Source of the DNA: Promethearchaeota archaeon
Lineage (GTDB): Archaea; Asgardarchaeota; Heimdallarchaeia; Hodarchaeales; Hodarchaeaceae
Assembly: GCA_048938105.1 (NCBI GenBank)
Contig: JBHLMN010000012.1
Coordinates: 128,001 to 192,000, forward strand
Length of the DNA: 64,000 nt
Direction: 5' to 3'
The notes below the pieces were generated by a model that worked only from the letters and a program-made list of their open reading frames with translations, had not been told where the DNA came from and searched no databases. Both the position numbers and the translations under genes were made by a program. Shown here in pieces: positions 10,677 to 19,852 of the stretch (position 1 is the stretch's first letter; every line of letters begins with the position of its first letter).

Positions 10677-11357
10677 GTGAGAGATCTTTCAAAAATAACA
10701 ATAGTCATTCAAATGATCCTTGCTGTTCCATTCATCATCATTTTTGCAGGAGTAATGCTCTTCATTCCAGCTGGAACAATTGATTGGATCGAGGGGTGGA
10801 TTTATATCCTTTTATTAATTGTTTACTACCTTACTATGACTATATATTTAATTATCAAGGATCCATCAACACTGAGAAAACGTAAAAAACTGTCTACTAG
10901 TAAGATTGAAAATTTTTTCCTTGTTATTCTGGGTTTGTTGTTCTTTCCATTGATAATTATGCCAGGCTTTGATTATAAATTCCAATGGACACAATTACCA
11001 AGTTTAGTTAGGATAATTGGGTTTTTTGGGCTTGTATTCTCATATATCATTAACTTCTGGGTCATGAAAGTAAATTCTTACGCTTCAAAAGCTCTAATAA
11101 TACATGAAAATCATATAGCAATAACGATTGGACCCTATGGAATCGTACGACATCCAATGTATGTGAGTTTTATACTTCTAGCTTTTAGTACGCCAATTGC
11201 ACTCGGTTCATTAGTATCCATACTCTTGGCGATACCAATACCCTTTTTACTTGTCTTTCGGATCCGTAAAGAAGAAGAAATGTTAAAGAAGAACCTTTCA
11301 AGCTATATTGAATATACCGAAAAAGTTCGTTATCGTTTAATTCCCAAAATATGGTGA
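10677..11357 (+). CDS. ICMT/PEMT family membrane methyltransferase
   Basis: GPYGIVRHPMY, RIRKEEEML, Y.EY..KVRYRLIP. Confidence 0.9.
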   Translation: MRDLSKITIVIQMILAVPFIIIFAGVMLFIPAGTIDWIEGWIYILLLIVYYLTMTIYLIIKDPSTLRKRKKLSTSKIENFFLVILGLLFFPLIIMPGFDYKFQWTQLPSLVRIIGFFGLVFSYIINFWVMKVNSYASKALIIHENHIAITIGPYGIVRHPMYVSFILLAFSTPIALGSLVSILLAIPIPFLLVFRIRKEEEMLKKNLSSYIEYTEKVRYRLIPKIW

Positions 11358-11448
11358 TTAGTAATGAAAAAGAGTTCGGATTGAGAAATATCTATTTTTC
11401 AACTCTAATACTAATAAATTAAGCCTTATTCCAAATGAAAAAAAGAAA

Positions 11449-12195
11449 TCATAAAAATTGGCCCATCTCTCTAATATATGGAAGAAAAGAAGGTGTCCTA
11501 TTAACACATTGCTGATATACTTCTCCAACTCTCTTAATTAAATCTTTATCTTCCATCTTTGCTCCAATAATGAAAGGAATGAAAGAAATCAATGCAATAA
11601 AGATTGCTAATAGATTATTCTTCAATAGAGCTAAACCTATAGCGAGAAAAAAATCTCCAGGATACATAGGGTGATGAATATAGGAATAGATATCAGAAGT
11701 GACAGCCACTCCTTCTTCGGGAAATAACATATGGATCCCTAATCCATGTGCAATTTCATCAAATCCTGTTTTGCGTAGATGCTTCTCTAATAAAAACCGC
11801 ATTAGAATGAAAAATATCCCTCCAATAAGAGCAGCTCAAAAAGGTATTAAAATTAGGCCGTTTATTAAAAGAGTATGGAATATACAGGTATTGCCAGTAA
11901 TAAGAACTGGAATTACATAATGAAAAAAGAAGTATCGATACGCTAAATCCCCATGTTTCTCTCGATAAGCCTTGCCTTTTGTAGCGAAACCAATAAAAAA
12001 GGACAAAGTGATGAGTACGAAAATCAATTGACAAATAATAGCCCCATACCAAGCTAAACCATCAAACCACCAGAAAATCCCCATAATTAGTAAAAGTGCT
12101 GTTATTGAGATTATGACAATAACTCCTGCTTTTAAAGGGTCTTAAAATTCTGGAACCTTCTCTTTTAATAGGTTAAAACCTTTTGTTTGAGACAT
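11449..12195 (-). pseudogene. ICMT/PEMT family pseudogene with in-frame nonsense codons
   Basis: One frame from ATG 12195 is interrupted by TAA (12144-12142) and TGA (11838-11836); it joins track ORFs 11836..12084 and 11449..11802; degenerate YIHHPMY motif. Confidence 0.8.
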
Positions 12196-12230
12196 CGACA
12201 CAAACTTTAGATAAGTTCATTTTTTAGAGG

Positions 12231-13361
12231 CTATAGATCTAAGTTTGACGGTTTATGTTGTGGTAAAAATTCCTGTAAGATAGTGGTACAAGCATTGGTA
12301 TAATCTTCAAATAACTCAAAGAAACGGATATTTTCTTCTAAAAATCTTAAAAACTTTTCTTTTTCTCCATTTTCTTCAATTTTTTCGAGATTTGATTGAA
12401 ATTGAACTTGAATAATTTCTTTAGCGTGAGAAAATATATATCGAAACTGTTTAACAGTGTTGAACAAATTTTCTGTTAAAGTATATTTTATTTGGTAGTA
12501 TTTTCTTCTATCTTTCCGTTTTTTAATTACCTGAAGGATATTGAGTCGGATGAGCGTTTTTAGCGCAACTGAAACGGTTGAACGGCTATAACCAGTGATT
12601 TTTATTATGTAATCTTGTGTAAGTGGTTTTTCTTCTACAAAAAATAATAAACCTATCATTACAAGTTCTTTCTTCTTACCGACAGCTGCGGATTGATTAG
12701 CAGCTTGATCTTCAAGAAAATCCTTCTTGATTTTTTCAAGACTATCTCCTCTAATTAAATCATATTTAGGACTAGGAAAGTTAAAGTTTTTAGCATCATT
12801 CGATGAAATATTGCTAATTAATTGGGAAATTGAATCAGGATCCTTAACAAATCTTTCCACATGATTTTGGAAATATGTTACAGTGAAATGAAAATAGTTT
12901 GAGACTTCCCAATATTCGCTGAGAAATCTCCTCACACGTAAAATTTCGGGATTTTGAGAGGGTAGCGCGTCTAACCTATGGATCAATAGCGGGACTTGTT
13001 CCAAACTGAATTTAGTTACTTCTAAACCTTCTACTAAAAGAGTACGAAAATATATAGCTAGCTTTTGAGGACACTGATACTTTTTATGTTCCCCTTTTTT
13101 TCGAATTTGAAGGACTAAAAATTTACTAGTTGTATCTGTGAGTCTTGAAAGAGTCTCTGAAACAGTTGCTCTGTTTAATTGTGTTAATTTAATTATTTGA
13201 TTTTGATCAAGTGCGTCCCCTTCCATTAGTAAAGCGAATAGAATCCTTACTAGATTTGAATCAAACCAAGTTAATGTCTGCTCCATAAAGATAAGGTAAT
13301 TTCTCTTCATATCTAAGAAAGGTGATTGACTAACAACTGTTTTCATTAAATTCATGTCCAA
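12231..13361 (-). CDS. Transcriptional regulator with two tandem winged-HTH (GbsR/MarR-like) domains
   Basis: LDQNQIIKLTQLNRATVSETLSRL...KKY and LTQDYIIKITGYSRSTVSVALKTL...RKYY. Confidence 0.8.
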   Translation of the reverse strand: MDMNLMKTVVSQSPFLDMKRNYLIFMEQTLTWFDSNLVRILFALLMEGDALDQNQIIKLTQLNRATVSETLSRLTDTTSKFLVLQIRKKGEHKKYQCPQKLAIYFRTLLVEGLEVTKFSLEQVPLLIHRLDALPSQNPEILRVRRFLSEYWEVSNYFHFTVTYFQNHVERFVKDPDSISQLISNISSNDAKNFNFPSPKYDLIRGDSLEKIKKDFLEDQAANQSAAVGKKKELVMIGLLFFVEEKPLTQDYIIKITGYSRSTVSVALKTLIRLNILQVIKKRKDRRKYYQIKYTLTENLFNTVKQFRYIFSHAKEIIQVQFQSNLEKIEENGEKEKFLRFLEENIRFFELFEDYTNACTTILQEFLPQHKPSNLDL

Positions 13362-13397
13362 AGAGAAGATAAGTAGATAATTTTAAATGTTTTATTT

Positions 13398-13433
13398 TTT
13401 CTAGCATTTATGAAATTTCTGGCATTTTCGAAA
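13398..13433. promoter_or_regulatory. Tandem 18-bp direct repeat (TTTC-N10-GAAA x2), candidate operator
   Basis: TTTCTAGCATTTATGAAA / TTTCTGGCATTTTCGAAA, 15/18 identical, between divergent regulator and ABC genes. Confidence 0.55.
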
Positions 13434-13504
13434 AATATAAAAACACTTGCTTAAGTTCTGTCAATTGCGATAGTCATGCAAAAAAAATTGATTAGGTCTT
13501 AAAA

Positions 13505-14392
13505 ATGAATGAACCAAAAATAAAAATCCAAGATCTAACAAAATATTATGGTAAATCTCGTGGGATTGAAAACTTATCCCTTGAAATCAAGGAAGGTGAA
13601 ATATTTGGCTTCCTTGGTCCGAATGGGGCCGGTAAAACAACAACGATTCGCTGTATGATGAGTATTCTCCTACCTACATCAGGAAATATTTGGATCAATG
13701 GTAACAAGGTTACTAGAAAGAACCCTGAAATACGGGAGAATATCGGATATATTCCTGGAGAATTTATCCTTCCAGAAAATTATACTGTAAATGAATTTCT
13801 CTCCTACATTCAAAACATGCGTAAAAATCCGAGTAAACGACGAAATGAGCTTGTTGAACGATTCGCATTACCTCCGAAGAAAAAGATAGGAGAGCTCTCT
13901 AAAGGAAATAAACAAAAAGTAGGCATTGTGGCTGCGCTTATGCATGATCCAGATGTCTTAATACTAGATGAGCCAACCTCAGGCCTCGATCCACTTCTTC
14001 AACAGGAACTTTATGAGCTCCTTTTAGAATCGAAAAAACAAGGAAAAACCATTTTTATTAGCAGTCACAATCTTTCCGAGGTACAAAGAATTTGTGATAG
14101 AGTTGCAATCATCAAAGAAGGTGCTTTAATTAAGGTTGAAGAGATTCACACTCTTAATAAAAACGTATCAAGGATATTGGAAGCACAACTTAACAACCCT
14201 GATGAAGAACAGCTGAAATCTCTCGGTGCCAATCTTCTTGAAATACAAAAAGATAGAGTCCGCATATTAATTCCACAATCAGCTTCGATCAAACCTTTTC
14301 TTGAGAAACTTCTCTTAATGGAACCTGAAGAACTATCTTACCCTCCTGCAAGTCTTGAAGACTATTTTATGCAATTTTATAAGACTCAATAA
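13505..14392 (+). CDS. ABC-2 type exporter ATP-binding protein
   Basis: GPNGAGKTT, LSKGNKQK, LILDEPTSGLDP, SSH. Confidence 0.95.
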   Translation: MNEPKIKIQDLTKYYGKSRGIENLSLEIKEGEIFGFLGPNGAGKTTTIRCMMSILLPTSGNIWINGNKVTRKNPEIRENIGYIPGEFILPENYTVNEFLSYIQNMRKNPSKRRNELVERFALPPKKKIGELSKGNKQKVGIVAALMHDPDVLILDEPTSGLDPLLQQELYELLLESKKQGKTIFISSHNLSEVQRICDRVAIIKEGALIKVEEIHTLNKNVSRILEAQLNNPDEEQLKSLGANLLEIQKDRVRILIPQSASIKPFLEKLLLMEPEELSYPPASLEDYFMQFYKTQ

Positions 14393-14406
14393 TAGGAGGC
14401 AGTAGA

Positions 14407-16107
14407 ATGTACGTTCCTAAATTCGTTGAACTCTATTATCTTCGTTTTTTACGGCATAAAACTGTTTTTGGGCTTTCTATTATACTTTTTTCTGCTATCA
14501 CTCTATTTTTCCCGTTAATTTATCCTGGCGAAGAGTCAATGCAGAATATTGTAATTTATTATGAGAGATTTGTCGGAGAACTTGAATATGATAATCCTGG
14601 ATTTCATATATGGACAATTATTGCAGCAGGTATGGTAATTAGTATTTATTTACCACTGACAGCCATCCTTCTTGGAGTCAATATTTTGCCAATTGCTGAG
14701 AAGGATGGGAAAGAACTCTTATTTTCGACACCTAAATCACTTACAAAGGATTTTCTAGAGAATTCAATTCTATTAATTAGCTTAATTTGGCTTATTTGCA
14801 TTCCAAGTTACCTATTATCATTATTTTTTCTTCTCATTAATAATAATGTTGATTCAATTGTAAATTTAACAATTAGCTTTGTTATTGGAGGATTTCTTGC
14901 CAGTTTTATTGCTTTTCTAACTGCTTTTGGTTGTTCATTTTCCTTCTCTAAAAGAATAGGTTATCTTTTTGGTGGAGGTTATACTGTAATGGGATTTTTT
15001 TCAGATATGGCTTTAAGAAATAATGAAGATTTTGAGGCCCTGTTGGAATTAAACCTATTTTCCAGAGCTAAAAGTACCCAAAATGCGATCATGGGAACTT
15101 GGAATGAGGAATTCCTTCTTTTTACACTCCTCCTAATAATCATTTTGATTATTCTGTCCATTTTATTGATCTATCGAAAGGATTTCATTGAAGGTGGTTA
15201 TAGAAAATCAATAATTGATGAACCTGGGATAGAAGGTCAAAAGATCACTGAAAAATTTTCAATAATCAAGCTTCCTCTTGATAAGCTAATTGGAAGTCTC
15301 GGATGGAGATTTCCTGCTTTACGTGATCAATTACATTCAATGGTTGGAATAATGACTGTCTTTTTAATAGTTACAATTGGTCTTACAATTATGCAAGGAG
15401 CTACATACGAAGGAGAGGTAAAAACAGCTGCTACTTTTGCTAGCATTGATATCCCCTTTATTGATGCAGCCTTATTCAATTATAAACTAAAACCAACCCT
15501 AGAAGGTTGGTTTACCCTTGAGTTTCTGGCCTGGGCTTGGATGATACCTTTTGGCCCTTTTATACTAATTGTTATAAACAATATTATTTTCAGAGACAAA
15601 AAAGAGCGAATCGCAGAAATCACATGGGTACTCCCACAAAGTGAAACAAAAATAATGTTCAATAGAACTATTGCTGCATTAATCGGTCTTATAACCTTGT
15701 TCATTTTTAGTTTTCTAGCTTTTACTCTTGTGGATTTTGGGCTTGAAAATAATGGTGATCTCGTTAATGCAGCTGCAAGCTATTTGATCTTTATGTGGGG
15801 GTACTGTGTGTTTTTCATTGCTTTTCTATCCTTAGCACTTCTGGTTCCTTATAGACATGCTCAAAAAACGTTATTACTCGGATTTACTATCAGTATTCTT
15901 CTTCTTTTAGCTGGATTTATAACTGATAACTTCTTACTGCTGGCTTTAACTCCATTAAGCTATTTTGACTATATGGGGATATTTTTAGGCGAAAAAACTT
16001 TGATAGATGTTCTACCTAATGCTTTGATTTGTTCATCTATTGTTATCGTATTCTATGTTGTTGTACTAAAGAAAATTGTATCCACGAGAGATAGATTAGT
16101 TCAATAG
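14407..16107 (+). CDS. ABC-2 type permease with two fused membrane domains
   Basis: About 12 TM in two similar halves (EKDGKELLFSTP / DKKERIAEITWVLP); GGAGG SD; follows the ATPase. Confidence 0.8.
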   Translation: MYVPKFVELYYLRFLRHKTVFGLSIILFSAITLFFPLIYPGEESMQNIVIYYERFVGELEYDNPGFHIWTIIAAGMVISIYLPLTAILLGVNILPIAEKDGKELLFSTPKSLTKDFLENSILLISLIWLICIPSYLLSLFFLLINNNVDSIVNLTISFVIGGFLASFIAFLTAFGCSFSFSKRIGYLFGGGYTVMGFFSDMALRNNEDFEALLELNLFSRAKSTQNAIMGTWNEEFLLFTLLLIIILIILSILLIYRKDFIEGGYRKSIIDEPGIEGQKITEKFSIIKLPLDKLIGSLGWRFPALRDQLHSMVGIMTVFLIVTIGLTIMQGATYEGEVKTAATFASIDIPFIDAALFNYKLKPTLEGWFTLEFLAWAWMIPFGPFILIVINNIIFRDKKERIAEITWVLPQSETKIMFNRTIAALIGLITLFIFSFLAFTLVDFGLENNGDLVNAAASYLIFMWGYCVFFIAFLSLALLVPYRHAQKTLLLGFTISILLLLAGFITDNFLLLALTPLSYFDYMGIFLGEKTLIDVLPNALICSSIVIVFYVVVLKKIVSTRDRLVQ

Positions 16108-16108
16108 T

Positions 16109-16130
16109 CTTCTTTCTCTTTTTTTCTTTT
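16109..16130 (+). terminator. Pyrimidine/T-rich tract, probable archaeal intrinsic terminator
   Basis: cttctttctcttttttttctttt-type tract directly after the stop codon, between convergent genes. Confidence 0.45.
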
Positions 16131-16147
16131 ATACTAAGAGATAAATA

Positions 16148-16789
16148 TCATATCAAAGAGAATTGAATCACTACAAAGAGCATGATACTAAATGTAATTA
16201 CTGAAATCACTGTGTCGAATTTTCCTGTCTTTAGAAATGGGATAAATAATGGAGTTTTGCTTTTATAACTAGTATAATCAGCGCCAAATTTCTTCAATAG
16301 GTACTGATCTTCTATAAGTGCAAGAATAATATAAGCCAGTAGTTGTAAATACCATAGTATTATTGTTTCTTCCGCTGACAGCCAACTCATACCAAAAAAG
16401 AAAGTAATATAAAAATAACTCCACCCTGTCAAGCCAATTGTCAAAAGTAGAAGACCAGTATACTGGGGATGTCTTATAAATCGATAAGGGCCAGAGGTGA
16501 CTAATCCCCTTCTCTTTTTTACGCCGAGATAAACAATTGAATAAATTATCAATACAACGCTTATCATAATCAAAATTTTCCCAAAGAATACCTCATTAAA
16601 ATTGAGAAGGCTGGCATAGCCTTCAATGATACTGCTAGAAAGATTGGGAACCAAGGCACCCAATAACAGAATTACAGGAGCAGCCATGAGTGGTATCCAT
16701 ACCCAGATTCCTGGAAGTTGCTGAACTAAAAGAAATAAATATCCAGCCGTGCCAAAAACAATAGCTTGAGCTCTCTCTAGTTTTTTCAT
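16148..16789 (-). CDS. ICMT/PEMT family membrane methyltransferase
   Basis: GLVTSGPYRFIRHPQYTG, IED..L..KFG..Y..YK.KTP. Confidence 0.85.
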   Translation of the reverse strand: MKKLERAQAIVFGTAGYLFLLVQQLPGIWVWIPLMAAPVILLLGALVPNLSSSIIEGYASLLNFNEVFFGKILIMISVVLIIYSIVYLGVKKRRGLVTSGPYRFIRHPQYTGLLLLTIGLTGWSYFYITFFFGMSWLSAEETIILWYLQLLAYIILALIEDQYLLKKFGADYTSYKSKTPLFIPFLKTGKFDTVISVITFSIMLFVVIQFSLI

Positions 16790-17113
16790 TGAACATCATC
16801 TCTATCTTATGCAAATTTTCTAGTCTAACCTCATTTCCTACGTTTAAAACCATAAAAACTACCTCTTATAAGCCTATAGTTTTCTGCAAGTTGGGAGATA
16901 AAAGAGATGAATTAGTACACTTGTCCTAATGGATAGAACAAAGCATTTCACATTGTGGTTCCTCTGTTCGACTTTTGATACATTTTCATTACATGTATGT
17001 TTACGGAATGAAATAAGATCTAACTAAGACATTTGTAATAGAATCTAGTTTTTATTACCTAACAGCAATGTTTTTCAGGAGATCTTTACTAGATTTTCTC
17101 TTGAGGTAGAAAA

Positions 17114-17698
17114 TTGGATAAAATGCTCTTAGAAATTCCATCAATGATAGAGACCAAACAATTAATCATCAGAAAGTACAAAAAAGGTGATGGGATGCCA
17201 CTTCTTGAATTATTTGAAAGAAACGATAATCGTGAGCATCTAAAAGATCATGTGTATGAAGCATCCACTATAATGACCCAAGAAGAGGCAGAAATTAGAG
17301 TTAGGCGTTTTATTGCCTCTTGGGTCGCACGAAAGAGATTTGTTTTGGGTGTATGGTTAAAAGCTTCGAACCTATATATTGGCCAAATCTGGATCGAACC
17401 CAAAAAATGGGAAGTTCCCTCATTCGAGCTGGGATGGTTTTTAGACCGATCTTATCAGGGACAAGGATTAGCAACAGAAGCAGCGAGAAGAGCAATTGAA
17501 TTTCTTTTTAATGATTTGAAAGCTCATAAAATCATCATTTTAACTCGTGATGACAATGTGAGAAGCTATAAACTAGCTGAAAGATGTGGATTTACCAAAG
17601 AAGGGTATCTTAAGGATCATGGTATTAAAAATGGTAAAAGATATGGGTTATTTTGCTACAGGTTGTTAAAACCCGACTATAAAATCAAAAATGACTGA
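17114..17698 (+). CDS. GNAT N-acetyltransferase, RimJ/RimL family
   Basis: ELGWFL..YQGQGLATEA, N.RS.KLAERCGF.KEG. Confidence 0.9.
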   Translation: MDKMLLEIPSMIETKQLIIRKYKKGDGMPLLELFERNDNREHLKDHVYEASTIMTQEEAEIRVRRFIASWVARKRFVLGVWLKASNLYIGQIWIEPKKWEVPSFELGWFLDRSYQGQGLATEAARRAIEFLFNDLKAHKIIILTRDDNVRSYKLAERCGFTKEGYLKDHGIKNGKRYGLFCYRLLKPDYKIKND

Positions 17699-17761
17699 TT
17701 ATGGTTTTTCTGCAGTATAAGAGTTAGTATTTAGATTTCAATTCCTTATTCAATCATCTTT

Positions 17762-18703
17762 TTAGCTTAATATTTCAATTAATTTGACCAAATCCTCTTT
17801 ATTGATGGCAACAACATCTGCTTCAGGAAATATATTGCGGTTGTTTTCTGAAATTCCCTGTCCTCCGATTGCAATACGAATTTGGTTTTTGAAAACATTA
17901 TGTAAATACTCTAAATTTCGTTTAAGAGTACCAAGATATAACGGAAGGGTAATGGAGATAAATATCCAATCAGGTAATTCAGGAAGATCTTTGATATATT
18001 TGATTAAGGATTGGATGGGTAAAGCTCGCCCCAGATTAATAATCTTGTAATTTAAATCCCGAAGAATATATTCTAAGGCAAATAAACTGAGAACATGTCT
18101 TTCACCTTCTACAGGTACTAAAATGATAATTCCTTTTTCCTCTATATTTTCATTTACTGGTATTCTTGCAACGATTAGCTCTTCAACGCGATTAGAAATA
18201 ATGTGTTCTTCCGCAGTTGAAAGATTCGCTTGAGCCCATTGTACACCGACCTCATGCATTAGTGGTGTGATAAAATCAACAATAAAGGGTGTACTATTAG
18301 GAAACATTGATTCTATGTTTACTGAGAACTCCTCAACATCATAATTTGATGATTTCAGATATCTGATCATTTCTTGTATGGAGGCTAATTTTAAAACAGA
18401 GGGTTTTTCTATTCTTCCTTTCTCCTCAGGCTTCTTCTTTTCTTTTAATATCTCATTCTCATGTATATATAGTTCTTTGATTAGATCATCAGTTAAATAT
18501 ACAACAGTATACCGCCCCCGTTTAAGTGGGCGTCGTTCGATTTCGATATAACCTTGTAAATTTAGTTCTTTTATGGCATTAGAAATTGTTGAACGTTTAA
18601 GATCTAAATTGGATGCAAGTTCAGAAACAGGGACTTCCCTTCCGCGATTTTGCCTTAAGTATCGAAAAATACGATCTCTGGCTGGTAATTGGACATTTTC
18701 CAT
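17762..18703 (-). CDS. Cobalamin-binding transcriptional regulator: winged HTH plus CarH/LitR-type four-helix cap and B12 Rossmann domain
   Basis: wHTH VSELASNLDLKRSTISNAIKEL; W-x9-EH (WAQANLSTAEEH); E-x-H (GERHVLS); NLG..LP, ISIT, IGG; adjacent to crtB. Confidence 0.85.
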   Translation of the reverse strand: MENVQLPARDRIFRYLRQNRGREVPVSELASNLDLKRSTISNAIKELNLQGYIEIERRPLKRGRYTVVYLTDDLIKELYIHENEILKEKKKPEEKGRIEKPSVLKLASIQEMIRYLKSSNYDVEEFSVNIESMFPNSTPFIVDFITPLMHEVGVQWAQANLSTAEEHIISNRVEELIVARIPVNENIEEKGIIILVPVEGERHVLSLFALEYILRDLNYKIINLGRALPIQSLIKYIKDLPELPDWIFISITLPLYLGTLKRNLEYLHNVFKNQIRIAIGGQGISENNRNIFPEADVVAINKEDLVKLIEILS

Positions 18704-18716
18704 AAGGCATTGTTAC

Positions 18717-18749
18717 CTTCTTATTGATATTCTTATGATTTCTTCATGA
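18717..18749. promoter_or_regulatory. Three imperfect tandem 11-bp direct repeats just upstream of the CarH-like gene
   Basis: cttcttattga / tattcttatga / tttcttcatga. Confidence 0.35.
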
Positions 18750-18772
18750 CTTACTCTTATTTTATGAACCAG

Positions 18773-19717
18773 CTAAAGTTTACGAAGGTACTCTAAACGT
18801 ACTTTAGTTGCCAAAATAATCTTTCTTAGTTTAGAAACAACTGCCCGTTGATTTAATATTTGATAATCAATTCTTTTTATCTCATTTAGAATTTCCCCAT
18901 AGACTCTTGAGGCCACTTTTACAGTATAAGCTCCTGCAGGTGGTAATTCCTCAATACCAAGATCAGCTATCTTATAAAGAGCTTTCGCTCGCTCTGATTC
19001 GTAACGAATGAGTGATTTGAGGTTCTCATTCACTTTATCACCCCTTAGATCCTCAATCGTAACCTGATAATCATTCCGAGTTTCTTCTGGTAGATATATT
19101 CGCCCCTTGAGGAAATCCTCTTTGATATCTCTTAATATATTGGTTAATTGCATTGCTCTACCTAGATCTGCAGCTCGTGCTAGAGTTCGTTTTTCTGGAT
19201 TTTTGATGAAGATGTGAGTCATCATTAAACCAACAGTACTTGCAACCCGATACATGTATAAGTCAAGTTCTTCTTCTGAATAGTACTCGGTTTTTATAAG
19301 ATCCATTCTCACACCTTCTATAAGCTCATGCATGTAATTAACTGGAATTTGATGTTTACGTAACGTATCTCCAAAGGCATGAAGGATAGGATTTGTAGAG
19401 CTATATCCATTGGCCAATTTTGTTATAGTACTTTTCAATCGATCAAGTTCAAAATTAATCTTATCAATCGTAATCCCCTTAGGGGCTTCATCAACTATAT
19501 CATCACTTAAACGACATATAGCATAGAGAGCAGCAACGCTTTTACGCTGATCTTCAGGTAAAAATCGACTAGCGAAATAGAATGACTTGCTATGCTCTAT
19601 CATCCAGTCTAGACAGATTTGATAGCTTTCTTCAAGTGTTTCATCCATCAAACTATGTTTAGGTGTCGTACTTTTGGGAAGAAGTTCCCAATCAATTGTT
19701 TTGTGAGTTGAATACAT
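18773..19717 (-). CDS. crtB: Phytoene synthase
   Basis: SKSFYFAS, YAICRLSDDIVDE, YRVASTVG, QLTNILRDIKED..GRIYLP. Confidence 0.95.
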   Translation of the reverse strand: MYSTHKTIDWELLPKSTTPKHSLMDETLEESYQICLDWMIEHSKSFYFASRFLPEDQRKSVAALYAICRLSDDIVDEAPKGITIDKINFELDRLKSTITKLANGYSSTNPILHAFGDTLRKHQIPVNYMHELIEGVRMDLIKTEYYSEEELDLYMYRVASTVGLMMTHIFIKNPEKRTLARAADLGRAMQLTNILRDIKEDFLKGRIYLPEETRNDYQVTIEDLRGDKVNENLKSLIRYESERAKALYKIADLGIEELPPAGAYTVKVASRVYGEILNEIKRIDYQILNQRAVVSKLRKIILATKVRLEYLRKL

Positions 19718-19739
19718 TTTCTAATTCACTTATTAATAT

Positions 19740-19841
19740 TTCATGAATTAGTTCAACTTCATGAATAAACATTTAAATATTTTTCGAATGTAGGTAATCA
19801 ATCAAAAAAGTGTCATTTGTCAAGTAGACATTACTTTTTTG
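19740..19841. promoter_or_regulatory. Divergent crtB/crtI promoter region with palindromes
   Basis: TTCATGAA at 19740-19747 and 19758-19765; TTTAAATA at 19772; 9-bp inverted repeat CAAAAAAGT (19803-19811) / ACTTTTTTG (19833-19841). Confidence 0.5.
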
Positions 19842-19852
19842 GATAAATAAAA

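Noticed and set aside
11449-12195. Stop-codon reassignment or selenocysteine read-through
   Set aside because: The interruptions include TAA as well as TGA, are not at Cys-type positions, and both codons terminate intact genes throughout the window.
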